A stretch of DNA of 64,000 bases, from NCBI GenBank assembly GCA_965223735.1, contig OZ245010.1, positions 42,018 through 106,017 on the forward strand, given 5' to 3'. Made by a program: the position numbers and the translations under genes. This document shows positions 9,513-19,300 of the stretch, piece by piece. Source of the stretch: Candidatus Oxydemutatoraceae bacterium (GTDB lineage Bacteria > Pseudomonadota > Gammaproteobacteria > Poriferisulfidales > Oxydemutatoraceae). The first letter of the stretch is position 1. Every line of letters begins with the position of its first letter. Under the pieces are notes generated by a model that was given only the letters and a program-made list of their open reading frames with translations, had not been told where the DNA came from and did no database searches.

Positions 9513-11237
9513 TTATAAAGACGCGATCAGTTGTGAGATTTTTTTCTGGTCGGCGTGCCTGAAGATGGAGCGGCATTTTTTTCGCAGGGCGGCGGCGTCG
9601 CTGTTGCGAATGACTTTTTTCACCTCGGGCAGCACCGAGGGGTGTACGCTGTATTCTTTTAGTCCGAGCCCGAGCAGCAGACGGGTATAGTGCGTGTCGC
9701 CCGCCATTTCGCCGCACATCGCGACGGGGGTTCCGGATTGTTCGCCCGCCTCGATCACTATCGAAAGGAGTTTGAGGAAACCCGGGTGCAACGGGTCGTA
9801 GAGGTAACTAACCTCGTCGTCAATACGGTCGATCGCCAGTGTGTACTGGATCAGATCGTTGGTGCCGATCGACAGGAAATCGAGGTGCCTGACCAGAATC
9901 GGCGATAACAGGGCCGCCGCCGGCACCTCGATCATGCCGCCGATTTTTATATTTTTGTCGTAGCGTTTCTTCTTTTGCTGCAACTGTTCTTTTGCCGTTT
10001 CGAACAGTTGCAGGGCTTGATTGAGTTCGTGCATATTCGTCAGCATCGGGAACATGATGCGGACGGTGCCGTGAGTCGATGCGAGCAGAATCGCGCGCAA
10101 CTGGGTGAGGAAAATATCCGGATCCTTGAGCGAGCGCCGGATCGCGCGCAGGCCGAGGGCGGGGTTCGGCGCCAGCGGGCCCGTATATTCGGGGTCAAAC
10201 TCCTTCTCCGCGCCGAGGTCAAGCGTGCGGATAGTCACGGGTTTTCCGTCCATCGCGCGCAGGATTTTTCGGTAGATATGGAATTGTTCGGTTTCCTCGG
10301 TCATTCCTTCCCGCCCGAGATAGAGAAACTCGGTGCGGTACAGGCCGATGCCTTCAGCGCCGCTTTTTTTCAATCCGCGTATGTCTTCGGCAAGATCCAT
10401 GTTCGCCATCAGCTTTATCCTGACCTTGTCTTTCGTCAGCGCGATTTTGCTCTTCAGCAGCAGCAGTTCCCGCCGTTGTTGTTTTTCTTCCCGCTGCCGC
10501 CTGCGGTATTCTCTGAGCAGTCTGTTGTCGGCACCGGCGACCACGGTGCCGGCACGCCCGTCGAGGATGATCTCCTCGCCTTCCTGCAGCAACATTCTGG
10601 CGTTGTGCGCCGCGACGACCGCGGGGATGCCAAGGCTGCGTGCGAGGATGGCGGTGTGCGAAGTCGGCCCGCCCAGTTCGGTGATGAAGCCCGCGATGTG
10701 CTGGTGCTGAAGCATGATGGTGTCGGCGGGGGTCAGGTCGTCGGCGACAATGATCCGGTTTTTGCGGTCTATGTCGTGGCTTTCCTCACTGTAGTTGCGG
10801 TTTGTCAGAAAACCCTGGATCAGGCCGATCACGTGTGCGATGTCGTTGCGGCGCGTGCGCAGGTAGTCGTCGTGCATCTGGTCAAACACTTCGACCAGCT
10901 GGTCCTGCTGGAGTTTGAGCGCCCACTCGGCGTTGCACCGTTCGTTGTTGATGATGTCTATCGGCACCTGCCCGAGCAGTGAGTCATCGAGCATCAGCAG
11001 GTGGGAGTCTATGAAACTCGCGATGTCGGCCGGCGCGTTTTTTGGGATTGAATCGCGGATCTTGCGTAGGTGCGTCACCGCTTTTTTTTGCGCCTCCTTG
11101 AAGCGGGCGATTTCCGCTTTCAGTTGTTTCGGTGGTATGCGGCGCTCCTCGATCTCAACCATGCCACGGTACAGAATATGCGTATGGCCGATTCTGATGC
11201 CGCGGGATACGCCGGTGCCGTTCAGCAAAACGCTCAT
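9513..11237 (-). CDS. ptsI: PTS enzyme I (PEP-protein phosphotransferase)
   Basis: GGPTSHTAILAR phospho-His motif, GLYRTEF, SIGTNDL. Confidence 0.96.
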   Translation of the reverse strand: MSVLLNGTGVSRGIRIGHTHILYRGMVEIEERRIPPKQLKAEIARFKEAQKKAVTHLRKIRDSIPKNAPADIASFIDSHLLMLDDSLLGQVPIDIINNERCNAEWALKLQQDQLVEVFDQMHDDYLRTRRNDIAHVIGLIQGFLTNRNYSEESHDIDRKNRIIVADDLTPADTIMLQHQHIAGFITELGGPTSHTAILARSLGIPAVVAAHNARMLLQEGEEIILDGRAGTVVAGADNRLLREYRRRQREEKQQRRELLLLKSKIALTKDKVRIKLMANMDLAEDIRGLKKSGAEGIGLYRTEFLYLGREGMTEETEQFHIYRKILRAMDGKPVTIRTLDLGAEKEFDPEYTGPLAPNPALGLRAIRRSLKDPDIFLTQLRAILLASTHGTVRIMFPMLTNMHELNQALQLFETAKEQLQQKKKRYDKNIKIGGMIEVPAAALLSPILVRHLDFLSIGTNDLIQYTLAIDRIDDEVSYLYDPLHPGFLKLLSIVIEAGEQSGTPVAMCGEMAGDTHYTRLLLGLGLKEYSVHPSVLPEVKKVIRNSDAAALRKKCRSIFRHADQKKISQLIASL

Positions 11238-11240
11238 GTT

Positions 11241-11519
11241 CTATTCGCTCTCGTCGAAACGGTTTTCAACCAGCGCCCCGAGTTCGGCGACGGCGTCGCG
11301 TTCGTCTTCTCCGTCGGCGGCCAGCGTCAACTCGGTGCCGCGCGAAGCGGCAAGCATCATGATGCCCATGATGCTTTTGCCGTTCACTGTCTGCTTGTTC
11401 TTGGTCAGCTCTATGCGGCTGGCGAACTTCGACGCCAGACTGACGAATTTTGACGCCGCGCGCGCGTGCAGGCCCAGTTTGTTGATAATCCTGATGTTGC
11501 GGCGGGTCATTTTCGACAT
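11241..11519 (-). CDS. ptsH: HPr family phosphocarrier
   Basis: GLHARAA (His15) and GKSIMG (Ser46) motifs. Confidence 0.93.
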   Translation of the reverse strand: MSKMTRRNIRIINKLGLHARAASKFVSLASKFASRIELTKNKQTVNGKSIMGIMMLAASRGTELTLAADGEDERDAVAELGALVENRFDESE

Positions 11520-11896
11520 TCCATAATGCCGTTGCGTCCGCCTTCGAGCGCTTTTTCAGTCAGCGCCGGCAGATCGAGGTTGTAGTAATTCATCACCTTG
11601 ATCAGCATCGCGAGATTGATGCCGCTGACGACGTGGACGGTGCCGTCTCGCTGGCAGTTGGCGCTGAGGTTGCACGGGGTCGAGCCGTAGAGATCGGTCA
11701 GGATCAGGACGCCGTCGCCTGCGTCGAGTTCGCGGCACCGGTGCCGAAGGTTGCGTGTGGTGGCGTCCGGTTCGCACGCGAGCGGGACCGGGAAGGTCTG
11801 CGTGCGCAGGGGCAGGTCGCCGAGCGCCGAGCGCGTCGCCTCGACCAGCGTTTCGCCCGTGCGTCCGTGGGTTACCAGAAGGATGCCGACGGTCAT
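11507..11896 (-). CDS. PTS EIIA, mannose/fructose-type
   Basis: ILLVTHG, LTDLYGSTPCN, SGINLAM motifs. Confidence 0.9.
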   Translation of the reverse strand: MTVGILLVTHGRTGETLVEATRSALGDLPLRTQTFPVPLACEPDATTRNLRHRCRELDAGDGVLILTDLYGSTPCNLSANCQRDGTVHVVSGINLAMLIKVMNYYNLDLPALTEKALEGGRNGIMECRK

Positions 11897-11898
11897 GG

Positions 11899-12759
11899 TC
11901 AGGACAGTTCGCGGTGGTGTTTGGCCAGACGGTATTTCGGATCGTCCGCGAGCACCGCATAAAGGCGCTCGACCATGTAAACCGAGCGGTGTTGTCCGCC
12001 AGTGCAGCCGATCGACAGGGTCAGGCAGCTTCGGGGCTCTTTTTCAAACCGGTCGAGCCAGGTTTTTATGAAGTTGCAGATCTGCTCAAACAAAGCGGCG
12101 CAGGAGGCGTCGGATTCGAGGAATTTCACCACTTCGGGGTCGTGGCCGGTCATCTTCCGCAACTCCGGCTTCCAGTAGGGGTTGAGCAGGCAGCGCACGT
12201 CAAACACGAAATCCGAATCGAGCGGTACCCCCTTCTTATAGCCGAACGATTGGATCAGCACCGACAGTTTTTTGCTTTCGCCGCACAGGCGCGAGCGGAT
12301 GTGCACGCCGAGTTGGTGTTGGTTGAGGTTGGTGGTGTCGATTTTGAGATCGGTGTGCATCAGGATGCTGTCGAGTTGAGAGCGCTCGAGATCAATCGCC
12401 TCCTCTAGCGTGCTGCTTTTGTGCGCGAGCGGGTGCGGGCGTCGTGCCTCGCTGTAGCGCCTGAGCAGTACGACCTCGTCGGCCTCCATAAAGACGACGC
12501 TGGTTTCCACCTGCGCCCGCTTGAGGTGCGAGAGCACCGGTTCAATATTGAATGCCGGCGTTTTACCGACGCTGCGGATATCGACGCCTACCGCGACGTT
12601 GTCGCCGAAATTGAGTTCGTTGCGCGCGATTTTCTCAGCTAGGATGTGTACGAATTCCGCGGGCAGGTTGTCTATGCAGTAGAAGCCCTCGTCTTCAAGC
12701 GTATGCAGGGCGATCGACTTTCCGGCGCCCGAAAGCCCGCTGACAATGATCAGTCTCAT
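11899..12759 (-). CDS. rapZ: RNase adapter / P-loop NTPase RapZ
   Basis: SGLSGAGKS, YCIDNLP, IGCTGGQHRSV. Confidence 0.95.
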   Translation of the reverse strand: MRLIIVSGLSGAGKSIALHTLEDEGFYCIDNLPAEFVHILAEKIARNELNFGDNVAVGVDIRSVGKTPAFNIEPVLSHLKRAQVETSVVFMEADEVVLLRRYSEARRPHPLAHKSSTLEEAIDLERSQLDSILMHTDLKIDTTNLNQHQLGVHIRSRLCGESKKLSVLIQSFGYKKGVPLDSDFVFDVRCLLNPYWKPELRKMTGHDPEVVKFLESDASCAALFEQICNFIKTWLDRFEKEPRSCLTLSIGCTGGQHRSVYMVERLYAVLADDPKYRLAKHHRELS

Positions 12760-13691
12760 GCCTTGTTCATCACTTTCTGCTGGCGCCCCATGATGTCGAG
12801 GTCGGGATAGTAGTTGTCGAGTCTCAGCAGGTGGTTTCTAACCGCCGCTTCGACCAGTACCGCGAGGTTGCGTCCCGGCGCGACCGACAACGTGAAGATG
12901 GGGACTTCCATGCCCAATACGTTTTGTGTTTCGGTCGGTGTCACCAGGCGGTTTTTGTTGATGTCGTCGCCGAGCGGCGGTTGCAGGTTGACGATCAGTT
13001 TCAGGTATTTGCTTGGTTTGATCGCGCTGCTGCCGTGCATGTGGCGGATGTTGAGGACGCCGAGGCCGCGCACCTCGAGAAAATCCTGGATGACCGGCGG
13101 CGAAGTGCCGACGATGATGTCGGGCGCGATGCGCGCGAACAACGGCGCGTCGTCGGCGATCAGGCGGTGTCCGCGCGTGATCAGTTCGAGCGCGAGTTCG
13201 CTTTTCCCGACCCCGCTGGCGCCGGTGAGCAGCACGCCGATACTGAGCACTTCCATGAAAACGCCGTGCAGGGTGGTTTTTTCCGCCAGCACGCGCGTCA
13301 AGTAGTAGCGCAGGTCGTTGATCAAGTGTTCGCCACTGAGGTCCGACCTGAACAGTCCGACGTTGCGTTGGTCGGCGAGTGCGTGCATTTTTTCAGACGG
13401 CTCCAGATCGTTTGCCATGACGATGATGACGGTCTCTTTGGAGAAGAGTTTGGCGAGGGCGGTTTCGAGGTTCGTCTCGGCCAGCGATCCGAGATGCTCG
13501 AATTCGGTGCGTCCGACAATTTGCACTTGGCTCGAATGGATCAGATTGAAGTAGCCAACGATGTCGGCTTTCGAAGCCTCGACGTCTTTCAGGAACTTCC
13601 TGTCGCCGCTGCGTTTGCCCGCGAGCCACGCGAGGTGCAATTCTTTGCCCAGTGCCCCGTGCAGTATCTGCACCGTGGGTTCTTCGTTCAT
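12756..13691 (-). CDS. hprK: HPr kinase/phosphorylase
   Basis: LHGV..GASGVGKSELALEL..GHRLIADD, LEVRGLG. Confidence 0.95.
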   Translation of the reverse strand: MNEEPTVQILHGALGKELHLAWLAGKRSGDRKFLKDVEASKADIVGYFNLIHSSQVQIVGRTEFEHLGSLAETNLETALAKLFSKETVIIVMANDLEPSEKMHALADQRNVGLFRSDLSGEHLINDLRYYLTRVLAEKTTLHGVFMEVLSIGVLLTGASGVGKSELALELITRGHRLIADDAPLFARIAPDIIVGTSPPVIQDFLEVRGLGVLNIRHMHGSSAIKPSKYLKLIVNLQPPLGDDINKNRLVTPTETQNVLGMEVPIFTLSVAPGRNLAVLVEAAVRNHLLRLDNYYPDLDIMGRQQKVMNKA

Positions 13692-14152
13692 GCGGCGTGC
13701 GGGGGGCTTTGTTTTTCCAGCGCGGCTATGATCTGTGCTGCGCCGGATGCCTGCATCAGGCGCTTTATACAGGCGGGATCGTCGAGCTTGTGTGCGAGGT
13801 CACCCAGCAATTGCAGGTGCTCGTCGTCGGCGTTTTCCGGCACCAGCAGGGCAAAAAACAGCGACACCGGCATGCCGTCAGGCGCGTCGTAGTCCACACC
13901 CGTTTCGGTTCTGAGCAGACATACCAGCGGGCGGCTGCTGCCCGTGATGCGGCAATGCGGGATGGCGACGCCCTTGCCGAGTGCGGTACTGCCGATCTTT
14001 TCTCTTTCGAGCAGGCTGTCGAAGATGGCTTGTGTCGAGGGGCCGCCCGCCGCGGTCAGCATGTCGGCGAGTTCTTCAAGGACTTTTTTCTTGCTGTGAA
14101 GGTGGTCCGTCAGGCGTATTGAGTCGTGAGACAGAAAGGAGCAGAAGTCCAT
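13688..14152 (-). CDS. ptsN: PTS EIIA-Ntr-like protein
   Basis: REKIGSTALGKGVAIPH motif. Confidence 0.9.
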   Translation of the reverse strand: MDFCSFLSHDSIRLTDHLHSKKKVLEELADMLTAAGGPSTQAIFDSLLEREKIGSTALGKGVAIPHCRITGSSRPLVCLLRTETGVDYDAPDGMPVSLFFALLVPENADDEHLQLLGDLAHKLDDPACIKRLMQASGAAQIIAALEKQSPPHAA

Positions 14153-14169
14153 TTTCCCGTACGCGGCTG

Positions 14170-14493
14170 TTATTTGCGCAAGTTGTGATGCACCACGTCT
14201 TTCTCGTGGTGGCTTTTGAGTTTTTCCTTGTGCTTCATCACTTGGCGGTTGAGTTTGTCAACTAGGATGTCGATTGCGGCGTACATGTCGTCGGCGACGG
14301 CGGTGGCGAACAGGGTATGTCCGCGCACGTGTACCGTCGCTTCGGCGGTGTGGCTTAATTTTTCCACCTTCAGGTTCACGTGGACGTCCACCAGCGAGTT
14401 AAAGTGCTTTTTCAGTCGTTTGATCTTTTCTTCGATCGAATTGCGGATGGCTTCGGTGATCTCAATGTGTTGTCCTGATAATTGGATGTTCAT
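14170..14493 (-). CDS. hpf: Ribosome hibernation promoting factor
   Basis: MNIQLSGQHIEITEA, DMYAAID motifs. Confidence 0.93.
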   Translation of the reverse strand: MNIQLSGQHIEITEAIRNSIEEKIKRLKKHFNSLVDVHVNLKVEKLSHTAEATVHVRGHTLFATAVADDMYAAIDILVDKLNRQVMKHKEKLKSHHEKDVVHHNLRK

Positions 14494-14692
14494 GGTTTGT
14501 CCTTGTTCTGCCCTTGCTCCAGCTCGAATGATAAAGGGAGCCTACAAATTATATCAGCACCCCGCCGGCCGCCGACATGGATAACCGGCTGCGGCTTGAA
14601 ACAAGCCCGGCGGATAAGGTTTGCGCGGTATGGCGGATGACTGCAAAATCGCGTTTTACTCTATACTGCCCTGTCTGCAAGGGGATTTCCCG

Positions 14693-15220
14693 ATGAACGA
14701 TACCTTCAAGCAACGTGCGGCTTCAATCAGGCTCGTGGTTTTCGACGTTGACGGCGTGCTCACCGACGGACGGCTGAGTTTCAGCGACGACGGGCGCGAG
14801 AGCCGGGCGTTTGACATCAAGGACGGCCACGGCATCAGATTGTTGTTGCATTGCAGTGTGCAGGTTGCAGTGCTTTCGGGGCGCGAATCCGGTGCGGTCG
14901 CGCGGCGGATGCGCGACCTCGGTGTCGAGTTCGTGTATCAGGGGTTCCAGGACAAGGGGCCCGCGTTTGAGCGTCTGCTCAAAGACTGCGGCGTGGCGGC
15001 GGAATGCACGGCCTACATGGGCGATGATCTTCCCGACTTGGCGCCGCTGCGTCGTGCCGGGCTTGCCTGCGCGGTCGCCGACGCGCACCCTGAAGTCATC
15101 GAGTGCGCGCATTGGGTCGCGCGCGCCGCCGGCGGCCACGGCGCGGCGCGCGAGCTGTGCGACGTTCTGGTCAGGGAGCAGGGGCGGTGGGACGAGGTGA
15201 TCGCGCATTGTTCGGCCTGA
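14693..15220 (+). CDS. kdsC: KDO 8-phosphate phosphatase
   Basis: HAD motif FDVDGVLTDG, GDDLPD, GGHGAARE. Confidence 0.93.
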   Translation: MNDTFKQRAASIRLVVFDVDGVLTDGRLSFSDDGRESRAFDIKDGHGIRLLLHCSVQVAVLSGRESGAVARRMRDLGVEFVYQGFQDKGPAFERLLKDCGVAAECTAYMGDDLPDLAPLRRAGLACAVADAHPEVIECAHWVARAAGGHGAARELCDVLVREQGRWDEVIAHCSA

Positions 15221-15768
15221 GGCGTCATATCTTTTTGTTGTACTGCGTGGTCGTCGCCTTACTCGCGCTGAGCCCGTATCTGTTGCCTGCGCCTTCGGTG
15301 CTGCAGGTCGCCGCCGCGCGTCCCGCTGTGGACGGTGAGTTGAGCGACGTGGTCTCGAGCGTTTACGCGCCGGACGGACGCCGGCGTTACCGTACTGAAA
15401 GTGCACGTGTCAGGCATTCGCACGACAGCGACGTGCTGACCCTTGAGCCGCTTGTGATGCAGTATTATTCGGGCGCAGCACAGATGATGTCGCTCAAGTC
15501 GGAGTCCGGCAGGGTGCTTGAAGGGGGGGAGTTGGTTGAACTCGACGGCGCGGTTGAGTTGAATCGTGCCGCCGCCGGCGGACATCCGCGCGAAACGGTG
15601 AACACGCGCAACGTCAAAGTCAGGCCCGAGCAATGGACTGCGGTGACGCAAGAGAAAGTGACTCTCAGGCGCACCGGGCGGACCATGACCGGGCGCGGCA
15701 TGGTGGCCGATCTCAGGAAGGGCGAGATCAGTTTGCTCAACGAAGTCAGGGTGCGCCATGAACCGTAG
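15208..15768 (+). CDS. lptC: LPS export protein LptC
   Basis: N-terminal TM plus beta-jellyroll-like sequence; between kdsC and lptA; start codon uncertain. Confidence 0.8.
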   Translation: MFGLRRHIFLLYCVVVALLALSPYLLPAPSVLQVAAARPAVDGELSDVVSSVYAPDGRRRYRTESARVRHSHDSDVLTLEPLVMQYYSGAAQMMSLKSESGRVLEGGELVELDGAVELNRAAAGGHPRETVNTRNVKVRPEQWTAVTQEKVTLRRTGRTMTGRGMVADLRKGEISLLNEVRVRHEP

Positions 15769-16252
15769 GTGTCGTGCGCGACGTGCATTGTGGTGTGGCG
15801 GGTTGTGCCTGTGCGTGGGTTTGTGCGGGGCGGGGCCGTGGGCGGCGCAGCGGCAGGCCGATGACGCGATCCGACTCGAAGCCGACAAGATCCACTACGA
15901 CAAGAATACCGGCAACAGCGTTTACCGCGGCAGCGTCGTCATCAGGCGCCGCGGAATGCGGCTGACCGGGGACGAGGTCAGGGTGTTTTCGGAAGCCGGT
16001 GAATTTTCGCGGATCGTCGCACACGCGAAGCCGAGCACCTTTCGGAATCACGACGCCGACGACAACATTGAAGCCGAAGCGGATACGATCGAATATGACG
16101 TCAGGCGCCGGAAAATCGTGTTTCTGGGCAACGCCAGGGTCGATGACGGGGAAAAAGTGCTGCAGGGGGAGCGCATCATTTATGACCTCGAGAAAAAGAT
16201 AGTTGACGCGACCAAAAGCAAGGGGCGCGTGCGTCTCGAGATCAACCCCTGA
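15758..16252 (+). CDS. lptA: LPS transport periplasmic protein LptA
   Basis: IRLEAD..YRGSVVI..G.RLTGD OstA-like pattern; synteny. Confidence 0.88.
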   Translation: MNRRCRARRALWCGGLCLCVGLCGAGPWAAQRQADDAIRLEADKIHYDKNTGNSVYRGSVVIRRRGMRLTGDEVRVFSEAGEFSRIVAHAKPSTFRNHDADDNIEAEADTIEYDVRRRKIVFLGNARVDDGEKVLQGERIIYDLEKKIVDATKSKGRVRLEINP

Positions 16253-16258
16253 GGCGAG

Positions 16259-16993
16259 GTGGCGATGACGCACGAGTTGACCGCAACCGGGCTGAGCAAG
16301 AAATACCGCCGTTGCTATGCAGTACGCTCGGTGTCGCTGAACGTGGGAAGCGGTGAGATCGTCGGCCTGCTCGGCCCCAACGGCGCCGGAAAAACCACGG
16401 TGTTTTACATGATCGTCGGGCTGGTTGAGCCCGACGCCGGTCGCGTTTCAATGGATGGCGAGGATATCTCGCAATTGTTCATGCACTCGCGCGCAGAACG
16501 CGGAATCGGCTATTTACCTCAGGAGGCGTCAATTTTCCGCAAGCTCAGCGTTGAGGACAACCTGATGGTGGCGCTCGAAGCGAGGCGCGGCCTGAGCCGC
16601 GGCGATCGCAGGTCAAAACTCGAGGAGTTGCTAGACGAATTCCAGATCAGGCAGGTGCGCTCGAGTTACGGCCTTGCCCTGTCGGGCGGTGAAAGGCGGC
16701 GGGTCGAGATCGCGCGCGCGTTTGCGATCGAACCGGCGTTCATTCTGCTCGACGAGCCTTTTGCCGGCGTCGATCCGATCTCGGTCGCCGAGATACAGAA
16801 ATTGATGAGGCAGTTGCGCGGCTACGGCATCGGCCTGCTGATCACCGACCACAGTGTACGCGAGACGTTGAGCATCTGTGATCGCGCTTATATCGTCAAC
16901 GAAGGCGAAGTCATCGCCGCAGGAGATGCGCAGGAAGTGATTGGCGACGAACGGGTGAGGCAGGTGTACCTCGGGCGGGACTTCCGTATCTGA
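16259..16993 (+). CDS. lptB: LPS export ABC transporter ATPase LptB
   Basis: [36 protein letters not shown]. Confidence 0.96.
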   Translation: MAMTHELTATGLSKKYRRCYAVRSVSLNVGSGEIVGLLGPNGAGKTTVFYMIVGLVEPDAGRVSMDGEDISQLFMHSRAERGIGYLPQEASIFRKLSVEDNLMVALEARRGLSRGDRRSKLEELLDEFQIRQVRSSYGLALSGGERRRVEIARAFAIEPAFILLDEPFAGVDPISVAEIQKLMRQLRGYGIGLLITDHSVRETLSICDRAYIVNEGEVIAAGDAQEVIGDERVRQVYLGRDFRI

Positions 16994-17011
16994 AGGGTGT
17001 ATCCGCTGCGC

Positions 17012-17986
17012 CTACAGACCGGCGCGCAACAGCGTGTGCATATTGAGCACGCCGGCGAGTTGGCCGTGCTCGTCGAACACCGGCATTGAATTGATCTTTT
17101 TCGACTCCATCAGGGTCAGGGCTTCAACTGCAAGGTCACGGACCTTGATCGAGTGAAAGTCTCTGGTCATCATCGCCTCGATCGGCGTTGTGTGCACGTC
17201 GGCGCGTTTATCCATCGCGCGGCGCAGGTCGCCGTCGGTGAAGATGCCGACGACCCGGCCGTCGCCGTCGGTCACCAGCGTCATGCCTAGGCCCTTGGCC
17301 GACATTTCGCATAATGCATCCACCAACAGCGTTCCGGGGAAGACCGCGGGGATGCCGTCGCCCGTGTGCATCAGGTTTTCGACACGCAGGATCAGGCGGC
17401 GCCCGAGTTGGCCGCCGGGGTGCGCGCGCGCAAAATCGTCGGGGGTGAAGCCTTTTGCATGCAGCAGCGAGATTGCCAGCGCGTCGCCCATTGCCAGCGC
17501 GGCGGTGGTGCTCGCTGTCGGCGCGAGCCCCAGCGGGCAGGCCTCCTGCTCGATGCCGATGTCGAGGCACACGGTCGCCGCTTTCCCGAGCGTTGAGTCC
17601 GGATCGCCGGTGAGCGCGATGATCGGGGTTTTCAATCCCCTCAGCGGCGCGAGCAGCGTGTTGATCTCGTCGGTTTCCCCCGAATTGGAGATCAGTACCG
17701 CGACGTCGCCGTGGCACAGCATCCCCAGGTCGCCGTGGCCCGCTTCAGCCGGGTGGATATAGAAAGCGGGGCTGCCGGTGCTCGCCAGCGTCGAGGCGAT
17801 CTTGTTCGCAATATGCCCTGATTTGCCGATGCCCATCAGCACGATGCGCCCCTCGCAGTCGTGCAGGCACTGGCAGGCCCGGAAGAACCGTTCGTCGATG
17901 CGCGGTTTCAGTGCTGCGACCGCGAGTGCCTCGGTGTCGAGCACAGCGAGTGCGAGTTCCTTGATCTTGTCGTGTTCAAGTGTCAT
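17012..17986 (-). CDS. kdsD: Arabinose-5-phosphate isomerase (KpsF/GutQ family)
   Basis: GIGKSGHI SIS domain, APTASTT, C-terminal CBS pair. Confidence 0.95.
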   Translation of the reverse strand: MTLEHDKIKELALAVLDTEALAVAALKPRIDERFFRACQCLHDCEGRIVLMGIGKSGHIANKIASTLASTGSPAFYIHPAEAGHGDLGMLCHGDVAVLISNSGETDEINTLLAPLRGLKTPIIALTGDPDSTLGKAATVCLDIGIEQEACPLGLAPTASTTAALAMGDALAISLLHAKGFTPDDFARAHPGGQLGRRLILRVENLMHTGDGIPAVFPGTLLVDALCEMSAKGLGMTLVTDGDGRVVGIFTDGDLRRAMDKRADVHTTPIEAMMTRDFHSIKVRDLAVEALTLMESKKINSMPVFDEHGQLAGVLNMHTLLRAGL

Positions 17987-18077
17987 GGCCGTTGAGGTGA
18001 CCTTTGTGTCTTGTTGAAGGTGCCGTCCCGCCGGTGTTCCTGTGGAGCGGCGATGGGATTTTACCCGCTTATTTTAA

Positions 18078-18200
18078 GGGAATTATATACAATAGTCCCT
18101 AAAGGACTTGTGTATCCGTTTGACGCTTCACAGGCCGGCTAACGCCGCCACCTCCACGTCCAACTGCCTCATTCCCGAAGGCCAGGATATTCAGTGCGGC
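18078..18200 (-). ncRNA. Putative omegaRNA (reRNA) scaffold overlapping the tnpB 3' end
   Basis: GGACG-TGGAG..CGGC-GTTA-GCCG..GAAG-CGTC pairing plus terminal stem AGTCC/GGACT; segment nearly identical in the 6857 copy; boundaries approximate. Confidence 0.55.
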
Positions 18201-19300
18201 ATTCATATCTGCATGATCCCGATGACCGCATTCGGTGCAGTGAAAACTGCGTCCCGCGCGGCTCTTCTTGTTTCTGTATGACCACAGACATTACATGTCT
18301 GACTGGTATAGGCCGGTGGCACCTTCACTACCGACGCCTTATACGACAGGCATTGCTCCATCTTATACCAGTCCTCGCCAGTATCTCGCGGTTCAGGCTG
18401 GCTTTTGCTTTAACATTCTTGCCGGGTTCGGCCTCTGTACCCTTCGCGCTCGCCGTCATCCCCTGCGTGTTCAGGTCTTCCATGTAAACCACATCATACT
18501 TGCGCGCTATCTCTCGTGAGACCTGATGACACCAATTAGTGCGCGTCTGCGCAATCTGCGCCGACGTCTGTTGCGTCCACTTGCGCGCGCGTGGATAACG
18601 ACCTGATGCTCTGCGCTTTTCCTTCCTGCTCCCACCATCACGCCTTGCCATCATCCGTTGATAACGACGCTTCCTTGCTTTCAACAAAGAGGTATCCGGC
18701 GCGTGATAGATCGTCCCGTCGGACAACGCTACTTGGCCGACGTTACGGTCTATACCGACCTCTTTAGGCACGTGCGGCCAAATCGCTTCCTGTTCCGTCT
18801 CATACACCAAATACGCATACCAGTCGCCGTGCTTGTTCTTGATGGTGCCGCTGACGGCCTTTGCGTCGGGATACGGGTTATGGCTGATGGGCCTCACCTG
18901 CCCGATTTTCGCCACATGCAGCCAGTCACCAATTCAGTCTAAATGCGCTGGCGACCAACGGGATACTGGCTGTTGCAGTGTAGCGCCCCTTGAACTTCGG
19001 CAGGCCGCCCTGCCCCTTCCAAAGCCCCTTGTAATTCGTCTCTATCGGCTTAAGCGACGCCCCGACTATGGCGTATGAGTATTCATTCAACCACGAATAC
19101 GCTTTGCGTAAGTTTGTAAAACGCTTATACAGCGAATATGCCCGCGGATCACACTTGCCATAGAACACATACTCATCTCTCAACACGCCCACGAGGTGGT
19201 TCCACACAAACCGGCAAGCGTCAGCGGTTCCCCATAACTTGCTCGCCTTCGCGCGCGTCGTCGGGTGCAAGCGGTAGCGAATTGTTCTATGCGTTTTCAT
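18100..19300 (-). pseudogene. tnpB: RNA-guided endonuclease TnpB, about 3 frameshifts
   Basis: HTH N-terminus, GLPKFK, RuvC-I VGIDRN, RuvC-II YMEDLN, Zn finger CNVCG..CTECG, RuvC-III HADMNAALNIL, spread over several frames. Confidence 0.9.

Noticed and set aside
14536-14544. GGGAGCCTA shared between the inversion breakpoint region and ~53853 as a possible decayed TIR
   Set aside because: Only 9 bp and a poor match to the GGGAATTATA ends; chance is likely
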